DNA from: the human T2T-CHM13v2.0 reference genome, Homo sapiens
Length of the DNA stretch: 64,000 nt
NCBI RefSeq assembly: GCF_009914755.1
Contig: NC_060927.1
Direction: 5' to 3' (one strand)
Program-made: the position numbers and the translations under genes
The notes under the pieces: model-generated
Database searches by the model: none
Seen by the model: only the letters and a program-made list of their open reading frames with translations
Told to the model about the DNA's origin: nothing
Part shown: piece by piece, positions 14,508 through 35,099 of the stretch
Layout of the letters: each line of letters opens with the position of its first letter
Position numbering within the stretch: the first letter of the stretch is position 1

Positions 14508-14767
14508 TTATGTACTGTCATGTGAGGTGGCTAGGGATTAATTTTTCCAGTAAATATGTCAAAATTGAGAAATGAAAATAAACACTGTGCTCCACTGTCA
14601 CCCCTTCAGGCTGCTACCAGGACACAGCCCCGTGCTGCTCAGAGAATGCTTGAGTGTCCTCTTTGGAGACCACCCTAGAGCTAGAGTTCCAGCCACGCCA
14701 TATTGTTTTATTAGCCATCATCCATTTTAGACAGGATTAGTTAAAAGAGACTTATTCACCAGAATTT

Positions 14768-14873
14768 GTTTTTCTTAAGATAGAATCTTGCTCTGTCACA
14801 CAGGCTAGAGTGCAGTGGCGTGACCATAGCTCACCACAGTCTCAACCTCCCGAGCTCAAGCGATTTTCCCACT
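14768..14873 (-). mobile_element. 5'-truncated AluJ
   Basis: Right-arm sequence flanked by TTCAC(C/T)AGAATTT repeats. Confidence 0.8.
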
Positions 14874-15161
14874 TTCACTAGAATTTTACTGGCTTGAGAA
14901 ATTCAAATACGGCCCACAAAAACAATATTTGCTAGGATCTAGGATATTTTAAAATAATGGGCCACAATTCTCACTATGATGCTCCAAATATGTCGGGAAG
15001 CCACAGCCTCCTGTGGGAATGAGACCCTAAGGGTTCCTTTGAGGGCAAGCCTGGATCCAGGAGGTGGTAGCAGAGGTATTGTTTGTTTAAAAAGCAGTGA
15101 GGTTGCTGGTAACTAGTTCTACCAAGCTATCCCATAGTAAGATAATAGTAAATGTACTTAC

Positions 15162-15356
15162 TTGCTGAAGAAAAATTCCACTTTTTCTTTAAATCCTTTG
15201 ATTTCAGGGTAAGACTCCACTTCTGAGATGTTCTCTTCTTACAGTCTATAAAGCAATGACAAATCACTTTTTCTTTGGGTAATCTTCAGAGAGGCGACAT
15301 TTCCCCTTCTAACTTCTGTTACTTTACAGAGGGTTTGAGTTCACTCAGTACTTGTC
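15162..15356 (-). other. CD80: CD80 exon 1 (non-coding); 5' end approximate
   Basis: Donor CAA|GTAAGT at 15161. The junction gives CTTCAGCAAGCTGTGAAAC, as I recall from the CD80 mRNA. Confidence 0.88.
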
Positions 15357-15560
15357 AGTGCCAGGAGTTGGACAGGGTGTTTGAAGAAGCGCCCTCTGCT
15401 GCCGTCTTCTTCTAGTTGCTTTTGTAGAGGCTGTGGCTGGGGCAAATCACACAGCAGCCTCCCTCACCACCGTGCATGGACTAACAAACATGAAACACCA
15501 CGAGCACCAGGCGGCCTAGGGGAGGAGAAGAATGGTGCCCGAGAAGAGTGAGGGGCATCT
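15357..15560 (-). promoter_or_regulatory. CD80 proximal promoter with a CTCF-like motif (15389-15403)
   Basis: Directly upstream of exon 1; minus-strand GGCAGCAGAGGGCGC resembles the CTCF core; no clear TATA box. Confidence 0.65.
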
Positions 15561-16008
15561 GGCTAGCCTTGCTGTGTGATGGGAGGCCAGCTTCATGGGC
15601 TGGCTGTTTCTGTGCTGGTCTCAAGTTTTGTTTTAGCACCCAGAGTTACTCCTGAGTCCCTGCAGGAATAAGCTGTCAACCTCATATGTAGGGGACACTT
15701 TTGGGAGAGTGCTCAGCTCACAGGACCACCCAACTCTACTCCCACCTCTGAATCCCACCATCTTCAGAGAGTGGGCTCCTGCCAGCCACGCTGGACAGTG
15801 AATTCTGGTCACCCTAGCCACAGTTGAGTGCGCCTCTGGTGGGATGAGGAAGACTTTAGTCATGCCCATCACTCCCATTTCCAACTAGGTTGCCACCCAC
15901 CCCTGTGTGTCCCTTTGTAGGATTCTGGAGCCCCTGTGAGTGAGCAGCTGACCCATGCTGGACCAGTGTACTTGTTTGCACAGGTGGAACCTGACAGCAC
16001 CTTGCATG

Positions 16009-16093
16009 GGTTGCAGTGAGCCGAGATCACAACACTACAATCCAGCTTGGGTAACAGAGCAAGACTCCATCTCAAAAAAAAAAAAAAAAAAAA
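16009..16093 (+). mobile_element. 5'-truncated Alu
   Basis: GGTTGCAGTGAGCCGAGATC...GACTCCATCTC followed by poly-A. Confidence 0.9.
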
Positions 16094-16657
16094 GACGCCA
16101 TCCTTCCCACACCAGCCAGAAAGAGAGCAAACCGTGTGGGTGAGAAATACTGACTACAGCGGCGGCTTCCTTCATCTCAGCAACAAGTTTGTGGCAGAGC
16201 TTAGTGGATACCACCCTATTCACCTGAGATTTGGAATACTGAAGCTTTGGAAATCATGAAGGCAGAACTTGCTATGAAAGGACTCCACTGCACTGTCTCC
16301 TTCTGTATTGGCAGAAGGGGCCTAGTGAGCACCCTTCTTCACCTGTGTCTTGTTCTGGTCTCAGATGCATATTTTGAATAGTTGCAAGGAATATGGATGT
16401 GACAATTCCTGCCTTACCTCTAGTAGATCAACATTACATTTTCAAGTAAAGGGAACATAGATTGGAGGTAAGTTCATGTTTTCTATTTTCTTGAACATTT
16501 ATTCAGATCAAAGAAATGTTTTCACTGATTTTAGCCACTTCTACTTGATACATTATTACAATGCACTGGAAGTGATTTTTTTTCCAGGTATTTAAAGTAA
16601 TAGAAAGTTATAGATGTCAACTTAAAAGAGCAAAGAAATACAGAGTTTTAGAAATTT

Positions 16658-17022
<365 letters not shown>

Positions 17023-17347
17023 TTAAGAATCCCAGTGAAATCCTAACCTGCCTTGGAGAAACACACATTAAACAACTTTGCCATTAGCGCTTTGATGTGA
17101 CTTAATCAAAGAGGCTGGAAGAAAGGAACACCAGGAAGGTACTTTACAGAGTTTCCCCAATCCTGATTGTAAAATTCAGAAGGCTTCTCTTCCAAGATTA
17201 TGTACTAATGGGATGTGTTTAATTCCTCTTCCTCCTACAATGTGTCTAGGAGCATGACCTGTGGACCACAGATTTCTAAGGTAAATTTCTGGACACTGGA
17301 GGTGAGATGGATGAAGACGGGCAAAGGAAGCCGAACCCGAATACCTA

Positions 17348-17719
<372 letters not shown>

Positions 17720-18359
17720 TTAAATGAGTTTGTTCTGAGGAGCAGACCCAGGGTTGGAGAAGAATAAAGCAGGAATTACTGCTCCTCAGTGTAAATTCTT
17801 TAGTGCCACTTATTTTTTTGTAAATCCATCCTTGGCTTTACTGTAATAAAAGTAAAAGAAATTCTTTTAAAAATAATTCACATAAAAATTCTTTTAAAAA
17901 TTTTTATGTGAAAAATTGAAAGGATAAATTTATGAAAGTATATTTTTATAATTCTAGGGTGAGCAAGACACAAAACTTGGAAGCCACGAAAAAAGAAAAG
18001 ATACACAGATTTGAATTCATAAAAATTAAAAATATTTGTACAATGAAAGACATTATAAATGAAATGAAAACACAATCACAGACTGTAGAGGACCCAGCAG
18101 GAAGAGATGACGAGAGGGAGATGCAGCTTTGTCACTCAGAGGTTGGTGCAGAGGCTGTTGCGACACCGTAGGGGAAGCCTGGCCCTTTGCTTTACCCCTG
18201 AACAGGATGATCTCTGTGGAAATGAAGGTTCCATCTTTCTGCTCTTGACCTTGGAGCCACTTCACCTCCTCATGCTGATAAAGCTGGCCTGAGCTCAACC
18301 TTCCTACCCTTCCGTTCAGCATCCACAGGGAGGGCTGGGCTGGCTCCTGGCAGTGGCCT

Positions 18360-18510
18360 CAGTGCTGTCATTTGCAGGTTGCCTACTCAGGGCCCACGGT
18401 GCTAGCCTGACTGCTGGGAAAACCCCTTTCCCACAGTGGGCTCACTGTTGCCAAGTAAACAAAACCTGTTGCACTGACAAAAATTTTCAGGGGAGTTTTT
18501 CATGTTCTAA
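18360..18510. promoter_or_regulatory. CD80 upstream NF-kB enhancer (~-3 kb)
   Basis: Minus-strand GGGAAAGGGGTTTTCCC at 18416-18432, ~3.07 kb from exon 1. Matches the position of the described B7-1 NF-kB-dependent enhancer. Confidence 0.8.
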
Positions 18511-19118
18511 GATGACCCTCCCGTGAGGTTTAGAAGTTCATTTTTAGATATGACTTCATCTGGGCATGTCTATAAGGCCTGCACCCATCATAGGGCAGCT
18601 GATCTAGGCTTTAAGGCTATGGTGCTCCCCAGGAGTGCCACAGCCTGCTAAAGTTGGCAGCAAACTCATCAAAGTGGGAGAGTTCACCTCTTCCTCTTAA
18701 AATGCTGTCACATTCTTTCTGGTTCTTTGAGATGGAAATCACCAAAATGCTTAAAATGAAAACAAGTGACTTTCAGAGCTAGCCCTCGTTCAGAGTGAGG
18801 GCCGTCTTCTTACTAACCCACCACACACTCTTCCTCCTATACTTGGCATCTTACTCTTCCTGCCTGTGACTCTTTTTTTTTAATTAATTTTTTTATTATC
18901 AATTTTTGTTTATTATTCTACTTTAAGTTCTAGGGTACATGTGCACAATGTGCAGGTTTGTTACATATGTATACACGCTCCATGTTAGTGTGTTGCACCC
19001 ATTAACTCGTCATTTACATTAGGTATATCTCCTAATGCTATCCCTCCCCCCTCCCCCCAGCCCATGACAGGCCCCCGTGTGTGATGCTCCCCTTCCTGTG
19101 TCCAAGTGTTCTCATTGT

Positions 19119-22932
<3,814 letters not shown>

Positions 22933-22995
22933 TACGATGTTAGCTGGTTATTTTGCTCGTCAGTTGATGCAGTTTCTTCCTACCATCAATGGTCT

Positions 22996-24013
22996 TTACA
23001 ATTTGGCATGTTTTTGCAGTGGCTGGTACTGGTTTTTCCTTTCCATGTTTAGTGCTTCCTTCAGGAGCTCTTTTAGGGCAGGCCTGGTGGTGACAAAATC
23101 TCTCAGCATTTGCTTGTCTGTAACGGATTTTATTTGTCCTTCACTTATGAAGCTTAGTTTGGCTGGATATGAAATTCTGGGTTGAAAATTCTTTTCTTTA
23201 AGAATGTTGAATGTTGGCCCCCCACTCTCTTCTGGCTTATAGAGTTTCTGCTGAGAGATCCGCTATTAGTCTGGTGGGCTTCCCTTTGTGGAAAACCCGA
23301 CCTTTCTCTCTGGCTGCCCTTAACAGTTTTTCCTTCATTTCAACTTTGGTGAATCTGACAATTATGTGTCTTGGAGTTGCTCATCTCGAGGAGTAACTTC
23401 ATAGTGTTCTCTGTATTTCTTGAATTTGAATGTTGGCCTGTCTTGCTAGGTTGGGGAAGTTCTCCTGGATAATATCCTGTAGAGTGTTTTCCAACTTGGT
23501 TCCATTCTCCCCATCACTTTCAGGTACACCAATCAGACGTAGATTTGGTCTTTTCACATAGTCCCATATTTCTTGGAGGCTTTGTTCATTTCTTTTTACT
23601 CTTTTTTCTCTAAACTTCTCTTCTTGCTTCATTTCATTCATTTCATCTTCCATCACTGACACTCTTTCTTCCAGTTGATCTAATCGGCTACTGAAGCTTG
23701 TGCATTCGTCATGTAGTTCTCGTACCACGGTTTTCAGCTCCAACAGGTCATTTAAGGACTTCTCTACACTGGTTATTCTAGTTAGCCATTTGTCTAATCT
23801 TTTTTCAAGGTTTTTAGCTTCTTTGAGATGGGTTCAAACTTCTTCCTTTAGCTCGGAGAAGTTTGATCATCTGAAGACTTTTTCTCTCAACTGATCAAAG
23901 TCATTCTCCATCCAGCTTTGTTCTGTTGCTGGTAAGGAGCTGCATACCTTTGGAGGGGGAGAGGCGCTCTGATTTCTAGAATTTTCAGCTTTTCTGCTCT
24001 GTTTTTTCCCCAT
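22996..24013 (-). pseudogene. L1 ORF1p remnant
   Basis: Starts MGKKQSRKAENSRNQSASPPPK and includes QEIWDYVKRPNLRLIGVPE; broken by stops near 23867 and 23399. Confidence 0.93.
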
Positions 24014-24593
24014 CTTTGTGGTTTTATCTACCTTTGGTCTTTGATGATGGTGACCTTTGATGATGGTGGGGTTTTGGTGTGGATGTCCTTTCTGTTTGTT
24101 AGTTTTCCTTCTAACAGTCAGGACCCTCAGCTGCAGGTCTGTTGGAGTTTGCTGGAGGTCCACTCTAGACCCTGTTTGCCTGGGTATCAGCAGTGGAGGG
24201 TGCAGAACAGCGAATATTGCTGAACAGCAAATGATGCTGCCTGATCGTTCCTCTGGAAGTTTTGTCTCAGAGGGGTACCCAGCTGTGTGAGGTGTCAGTC
24301 TGTCCCTACTGGAGGGTGCCTCCCAGTTAGGCTACTCGGGGGTCAGGGACCCACTTGAGGAGGCAGTCTGTCCATTCTCAGATCTCAAACTCCACGCTGG
24401 GAGAACCACTACTCTCTTCAAGGCTGCCAGACAGGGACATTTAAGTCTGCAGAGGTTTCTGCTGCCTTTTGTTCAGCTATGCCCTACCCCCAGAGGTGGA
24501 GTCTACAGAGGCAGGCAGGCCTCCTTGAGCTGTGGTGGGCTCCACCCAGTTCGAGCTTCCCGGCCGCTTTGTTTACCTACTCAAGCCTCAGCA

Positions 24594-24668
24594 ATGGCGG
24601 GTACCCCTACCCCAGCCTCGCTGCTGCCTTGCAGTTCGATCTCAGACTGCTGTGTTAGCAATGAGTAA
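24594..24668 (+). pseudogene. L1 antisense ORF0, truncated to 24 aa
   Basis: gcaATGg start; MAGTPTPASLLPCSSISDCCVSNE* is homologous to ORF0 MAGAPPPASLPPCSLISDCCASNQR; TAA at 24666-24668. Confidence 0.85.
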
Positions 24669-26475
24669 GGCTCCGTGGGCGTGGGACCCTCCGAGCCAAG
24701 CTCGGCATATAATCTCCTGGTGTGGCATTTGCTAAGACCATTGGAAAAGTGCAGTATTAGGCTGGGAGTGACCCGATTTTCCAGGTGCCGTCCGTCACCA
24801 CTTCCCTTGGCTAGGAAAGGGAATTCCCTGACCCCTTGCCCTTCTCGGGTGAGGCGATGCCTCACCCTGCTTCGGCTCTCGCTCAGTGGGCTACACCCAT
24901 TGTCCTGCCCCCACTGTCCGACAAACCCCAGTGAGATGAACCCAGTACCTCAGTTGGAAATGCAGAAATCACCTGTCTTCTGTGTCGCTCACGCTGGGAG
25001 CTGTAGACTGGAGCTGTTCCTATTCTGCCACCTTGCCTCATAATCCTTGCCTGTGACTCTTGACACACTGTCCCCCAACTTCCTTGGCTGCCTTTCCCCA
25101 TTCTCTCTGCCCATCTAAACATCTTTCTTCCTCAAAGGACCAGGCCAAATGCCATTTCCCCAAGAAGCTTTCCTGACTCTTCTAAATCTCCATCTGCTCT
25201 TTCCCTTCTCTGAGATCCTATGTCTGTGCCACTCATTTGGCATCATTCCAATCCCTCCCCACCCCCCCAAATTTATTGAGTGCCTACTATGTGCCTGGAA
25301 GGGTTCAAACATTGGGGAAGCAAAATGGCTTGACTAGGAGAGATAAGGACAACATGGACCGATCCTAAGAAAAAGAAACAGTAGCAGAAAAAGAGCAGGG
25401 CAGCTAGCTGAATTTAAGTCTGCAGTGTGGCGAAAATGCCAACAAAATATTGCGAGACATGAGTGGCAATATGACATACCATGGCCAGAAATTATCTTTT
25501 TGGATTCTTTCTACATGAACCCAGATCCTTATTGGAATATTACGTCCAATTTCAAACTAAATGTGGAGAGGATCCGGCAGAAAGTAACAAACAATAACAA
25601 AAAGGATGCTAAACCAGGCAGCTCAGAGAACAGAGGAATGGGGAGCCAAGATGTTTTAGATGGGCCAAATGATTTTGAGGCCTTTGGTAATGATCCTCTG
25701 TGGCTTTGAGGTGTTTCTGTTTCTTTGTTTTGAGCTAGTCATGGCCATAAATGCCTTCTACATCTGTAGGCGACCAAACTGGAGAAAATAATCTACATGT
25801 AAGCAGGATAAATTTTGATTGTGTTTAAGGAAGCATTTTTTTTGTGTTGAAGCTGGAAAAGGTGACTTTCAAAGAAGGTTGCAAATTTTTATTGCCTGAT
25901 GCTTTAAGAAGAGAAGAGACAAATCCTGTTTGGGGAAAACAGAGATTTCTCTGCCTGAGAGTAAGGGACTATGGTGGAATCCCAGGCAGTCCACGATTCT
26001 AGGACCTGAGGCGTTAAATGTCACTGCCACTGGCTGCCACTCCCCTGCCCTGCCACACTGTCCACCAGAACCACTAACGAAGTTACAAAAGTCACCCTTT
26101 TCAGTTTCTATTTCATTTTCCCTGTCCCCTGAGAAACAGGAACCAAGGACTAGGCAGTAGGAGAAGCCAGACATGATCTATGCTTTCAAAGTGGGTCACC
26201 ATGGCGTGAATGAATTAGAGCTGAAGGGTCATGGAAACAGCCTGTTCCTCCTCCCTCTCTCCTCCCCAGCTCTGTCCCCCACTTCTTCCTTTTTTTGTAT
26301 TATTCTGAAAAGTGAATCAAACAGTTGCCATTTTTTTTATATTACGTTGGTCCACAACGTCAAAGGTCATGGTTTCCAGATTTCGGAAAAGGAATTTGAT
26401 TCTGTTCCTAAAATTAAAGAGAAATTGCAAGGCTTGGATGGAAAGGGGAAGTTCCCCTTCAATAACTCTTTCTAG

Positions 26476-26841
<366 letters not shown>

Positions 26842-27644
26842 CTATTATTTGAATACGAGAAGGAATTTGACCACTTGAGGGCCTGATTTATACAAGTACC
26901 ACATGATGAAGAACAGGATTTTATGGAGTGAAGATCCTTAACAGCACTCTCAGATTGAATCTCTCCTGAGCCTTGAACTGATTTCTCCAGTGGCCACTGG
27001 GGTTGCGTGACTCCTCCAATGGCCCCAGACACAACTAAGAAATGTGCCTAAACTGGCTGCCATTTGAAACCTTTTGGTGTCCTTTGTTTAGATGCCCCAC
27101 CCTAAACTTCAGGAGTTCTCTCCAGAGAGTAATTTTAGGAATGAATGCCAGAGACCAAGGGATGAGGGACTGTTGCCTCATCAGAGGGGGAAGGAGCTTG
27201 CTGGAAAAACAAGAGGAACAAAATGTCCCCTGACTAGATTTTTCTTTACCTTTTGTCTCAAGGACTCTTCTAGAAATAGAAATAAGAGTAGATTCATGTA
27301 CATTTGCCCAGGTTGACCCCAGTGGAGGAATTGTGGGGCAGAAAGAATGATAACATGAAAGAAAGATAATTTCAGTAAGGCCCCCCAAACTTTTGGTTTA
27401 GGGAGCAGTCACTTTTTGTTTCCTAGAAGCTGTATTTTCACCTACTGAGATTCTAGCAGGCAGTGAAGTCCCCTTAGGATGGGACCGTGTGCAAGAGCAT
27501 TGCTGTTTCATTGTAAACCCTGGAAGCGGAACTTAGGACTCAGCTGGCCAGCTGAGCTTCTCTTCCTGTGGGAAATCCCAGCGAAACCAGGAGAAAGGGA
27601 GCAACAGAGGTCATCTGCCAGGAAATGTACCAAAGAAGATTTGA

Positions 27645-28105
<461 letters not shown>

Positions 28106-28307
28106 ACTCCTAGGTTTTAAAACACCGGTTTGTATCCACTTATCTCTTTTGCTCCTCTCCATATAGTCTCCCATCTCTACCTCTTGCTATATTTGATTCC
28201 TGCCTGCTTGTTAGAATTACGGTGCATATCTTAGATTTTTCTTTAAATACCACTTTTAGACTGTCATCAACAAGAGGCTTAAGGCTCTTTGGGAGTGGGA
28301 TATAGAA

Positions 28308-28621
<314 letters not shown>

Positions 28622-28845
28622 TAAAAATTAGACTCAGGAGGTTCAAATCTTTCATAGGTGTTTAGTCTATCATGTCATTTCAATTTTTTTCTAAGTGACA
28701 GTAGAAGGAATGGAAGAAGTCCTGGCTGGGAGTTCAGAGGGCATGGGCTCCAGGCCCACTTCTCTCCATGTGTGAAACTGAGTTATATAAACTCTGAGTA
28801 ACTGTCTTCACTGGCCTCAGCTTCCTCCCTAGAAAGTTATTGTCA

Positions 28846-29142
28846 GCTGGGCACGGTGCCTAATGCCTATAATCCCAGCACTTTGGGAGGCTGAGACAGG
28901 TGGATCACTTGAGGTCAGGAGTTCAAGACCAGCCTGGCCAACATGGTGAAACTGCCTCTCTACTAAAAATACAAAAATTAGCTGGGCGTGGTGGCGATCG
29001 CCTGTAATCCCAGCTACTTGGGAGGCTGAGGCAGGATAATTGCTTGAACCTGGGAAATAGAGGTTGCAGTGAGCTGGGATTGCACCACTGCCCTCAGGCC
29101 TGAGTGACAGAGCCAGACTCCGTCTCAAAAAAAAAAAAAAAA
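28846..29142 (+). mobile_element. AluS inserted at an LTR edge
   Basis: TSD AGAAA(G/C)TTATTGTCA at 28831-28845 and 29143-29157. Confidence 0.95.
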
Positions 29143-29152
29143 AGAAACTTAT

Positions 29153-29820
<668 letters not shown>

Positions 29821-29996
29821 TGAGCCTGTTTTCCTTGATGAGCTGATCTTCTGGATGCCGTCTCTGAACACCCTGACTGAGCTGATACCATTAACTCTCT
29901 CATAGTTGCCAACCATGTACCTTGAACATTCTCTGCTTCCATACTCCTCACGGCCTCGTGCCATTATACTGTACAGTGTCTTCTCTCCTTGTGTGA

Positions 29997-30806
<810 letters not shown>

Positions 30807-32439
30807 GATGCTCTCTAAATCTTCTTGAATTGAATTGACAACACAGGATATGTGAGCAGCTACTTTTGGTTACTTATCTTCAAACTCATCAAGTTGTATA
30901 CCCGAAATATGTACAGCTTTTTGTATCTCAGTCATATCTCAATAACGTGATTTAAGAAAACATATAAACACTTTTTTGGTAATTTTAAAAATATGTTAGC
31001 AGCCGAAAAATGAGATCACTTGGGTGCTCTAGAAGAGCAGGGGCTGTCAGGGCCTAGCATATACTTACACAGCAGGTATTCAATGTCTGAAGAATGTATA
31101 AAGATCATTCTTGTAAGTGACCAGTTTGTTAAGAACAGTGTCATTGTTCCGACCTTATAGATGAAGTGTCTGAAATATCTTAAGATCAGGTCCGAGGGCT
31201 ACAAGTTTATTTCTCAGCAACAGCCTCAGCATAGCAATTGATTCTGTATTGGTGAGTAATGAAGATGCCTATGATGTGTCTTCCTCAATAAAACTAAGAG
31301 CAAGGAACCAACTATGCAATATATTTGTCTTTCCAGGACCTATACTAATGCCTAGCACCTAGTAAGATGCCAAGTAACTATTTGTTCTTCTTGGCAGAAC
31401 AACATTCACTGTTTCCTTTGCAAACAAACCCTGATTTTTGTAAAAGAACCTACCTCTACCTCTCAGGGAAGATGTGTCTATCCTTGATCTAAGGGAAACA
31501 TCATAATCCAGCCTGCCTGCCAGGAATTGGTTTAGACTTCTGGAGGATCTTTGAGAATAGTTTCTTCATCTTGAAAGAAGAAACACTCTCTTTTTCCACT
31601 GGACACTGTCTATAACTGTAACTGCAATGTGTTATTATGCATACACATTATCTTGACTGCCTAGTTAAATAATCAGAGCTAAACAAAAATTTTCGAAGAA
31701 ATTAACAGTAAATGGTTAATAGGCAACGCCTCTTGGGCTCGCTAGCAGACACAAAATAGCAAAATGGTTTAAACAAAAACAAACCGAAGGATAAGACCTC
31801 TATATACATTTGATAAAATAAATTAAAATGGGGAAAATATGATCTTGTGCCAATTAAAAACGTCAGTCTGGGGATAAAAATAACTGAAGATAGTAGGTCA
31901 GAAAGATAAGAAGAACAGGGTCTTTCTTTGATGATAGTATACAGTTGCTAAATTAACCCTGGGACTTCTTACCTTTAGACATTTTGTTACATAAGATAAT
32001 AAGTGCCATTATTATTTAAGCCCAGTGAGTATGTGGTGTTTTGGGGGTGGGGAAGAGTGATGGTTATTTGCCGTTATTTGGAGCTGGAAACATGCTAACT
32101 GATAAATTATCCTTTTGGTTTATAGGACAATGTCCTTGATGCCCAAAAACATTTTCTAATTTTGACAGAAGAGAAAGGATGTCAGTAGGTGTTAACTAAT
32201 GTGAAAAGAAGGTAGAATGGCTCATGTGTGTGATGGAGATGAGAACTGGGAATACAGAGAGATATCTGACCTGGTAGTAATTTTTTCTTGCATGACTACT
32301 ACATTGATAAGCACTGTGCTAAAATTTTTCAATTAATTATTTCATGCAATCTTCAAACCAACTTTATGAAATATGTACTATTATTTTTCCTACTTAATAA
32401 CAGAAAGTGAAGCTTAGCAAGATGAAGTGACTTGTCTAA

Positions 32440-32763
<324 letters not shown>

Positions 32764-32876
32764 CCCAAGTGTTGTTACAAGGGTTTGAAACCAGATAGCG
32801 TGGATGTGTCGGGAGTCTATGCTAATGGTCACAAAGTTCATAGGCACCATAAAGTTCAAAGCAAACTAATTGCTAA

Positions 32877-33322
<446 letters not shown>

Positions 33323-33421
33323 TGAGTTTTATCGGGATGCTTATTATTCAAAATGTCTCTTACTACAGAACTTGCTTTGACTGCATCCTCAGAGGCTGAA
33401 AATCTTTGACAGTTGAAAGAA

Positions 33422-34613
33422 TGAAGGATGTGCCATCCCCAAATATGCCATATAATATATTGATTACTTTGAGTTGAAAACATTAGAGAAATTATAGTTT
33501 CAGAAAGGGTAAAACTGAGGGCTGACCTGATTAGGCCTGACACTTAATTTGCCTTGCTTGCTTTTGGTCACTTGCTTCTAGTCGATTTTAAAACCTGCAT
33601 AGCTAAAAGTCATGTAGCTAGACGATACATAACTAAATTCCACTTGCCTCCTTATAGATAACTTCTCTGATAGGACACCATGGAAAATATTGCTTAAGTT
33701 ATTTTTCAGGAACTTAGAGTCAGTTCTTGTCCAGTTCAAGCCACCAGCCCTTCATCTTGGCCTGCGTGAGTGTCCAATGGGTGACCTTTTGACATCAGAA
33801 GGCCCAAAACTCCACTCTCAGATCATGCTAACGTCACGATTTTGTGAACATGTGTTCTATGAACAGCCATGAAGATTGACTATGCTTGCTCAGATTACCG
33901 ATTGCCTCACTTTTCCTTACCTCATCTTTCTCTGAACCTTGGACCACCTTCCTCCCCTATCCCATAAGCACTCCTAAAATTCCATCTTTGGAAAGGCACA
34001 TTTGAGGCCTGTTCTCCAGTCTCCTGTCTTGGCTGCCTTGTGAATACACCCTTTCTCTACTGCAAAACTTGTGCGCCTCAGTGATTGGCATACTGTGTGA
34101 AAGACAAATGAGCCTGGTTCCCTGACAGGAGCTGAGCTGTCTCTTCCTGCATGCAGCCAGCAATAAAGATTCCTCTAGGAGAGGTATGTTCTCCACGCCA
34201 GAGCGAGAAAATAGCTCTCATCACCAGAGATTTGGAACTGGAGGTGGCATTTGGACTGGAGTAAACATTCTTGCAAAGTAACCATTATCTTCCACCTGTT
34301 TTACACCCCACCCCCCATATATCTCCTAGGGGCTCCCCTAGAAATTTTTTACCACCCTAGCCGGATTTTCTTTGTCCTGTCACTTCTTCTTAAATTTATC
34401 ACTCTTTTTCTAAAAAGTATAAAAGCATCTTGCTTTGGACACTTTCTTCAGGATTCAGTCTCTTAACATCCCCATGTACATGTAAAATTAATAAAATTTG
34501 TATACTTTTCTCTTGTTAATCTGCCTAGTGTCAATTTGGCTTCTAGATGCAGCTGATTAGCTCACTAAGAGCTAGAGGGTGTAGGGGGTTGGAGGTGATC
34601 TCTGCCTCCCTTA
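33422..34613 (+). mobile_element. Nested ERV1 LTRs: MER34/MER39-like outer LTR with an inner LTR at ~33510-34127
   Basis: Outer start TGAAGGATGTGCCATCCCCAAATATGCC, resuming at GAGCTGAGCTGTCTCTTCCTG; inner element ends CCCTGACA; AATAAA at ~34490. Confidence 0.7.
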
Positions 34614-35099
34614 TTGGTGAACTTGATTTTTGTAAACACTCAAAAGTCACTTAGGCTAGAGTTGGAGATGGAGATGGTTATTCACTGGGAAGGCCACAAG
34701 AGAATGTTTTAAAGTGATGGAAATATTTCATATCTCGATTATGGTGTAAGGACATTTCATTATATATAAATTATATATCAATTTTTTAAAAAGCTCTCAG
34801 ACCAAGGCTAGTCATTACAGCAAGAAAATAGGCATAGCAAATTTAAAACTTTGGAGAAATATATAGAATATTTGCATATGGTGATTCTGATTTGCTTTAA
34901 AAGTGACATGATTAATGTATTTAGACAAAAATACTCTTCGTTTTTCTTTGCTTTTATTTACGATCAGGATACAAGAATTCTACGCTGCTGCCAAATAAAT
35001 GACTAGTTAAAATTAACTAACTGAATCCTTAACAACCATTCTAAGAGGCAGATATTATTATCCCACTTTATGCGTGAGGGCCCAGAACCCTGGCAAGGG

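Noticed and set aside
25425-25709. 94-aa ORF beside the L1 5' end
   Set aside because: GTG start, no splice or homology support.
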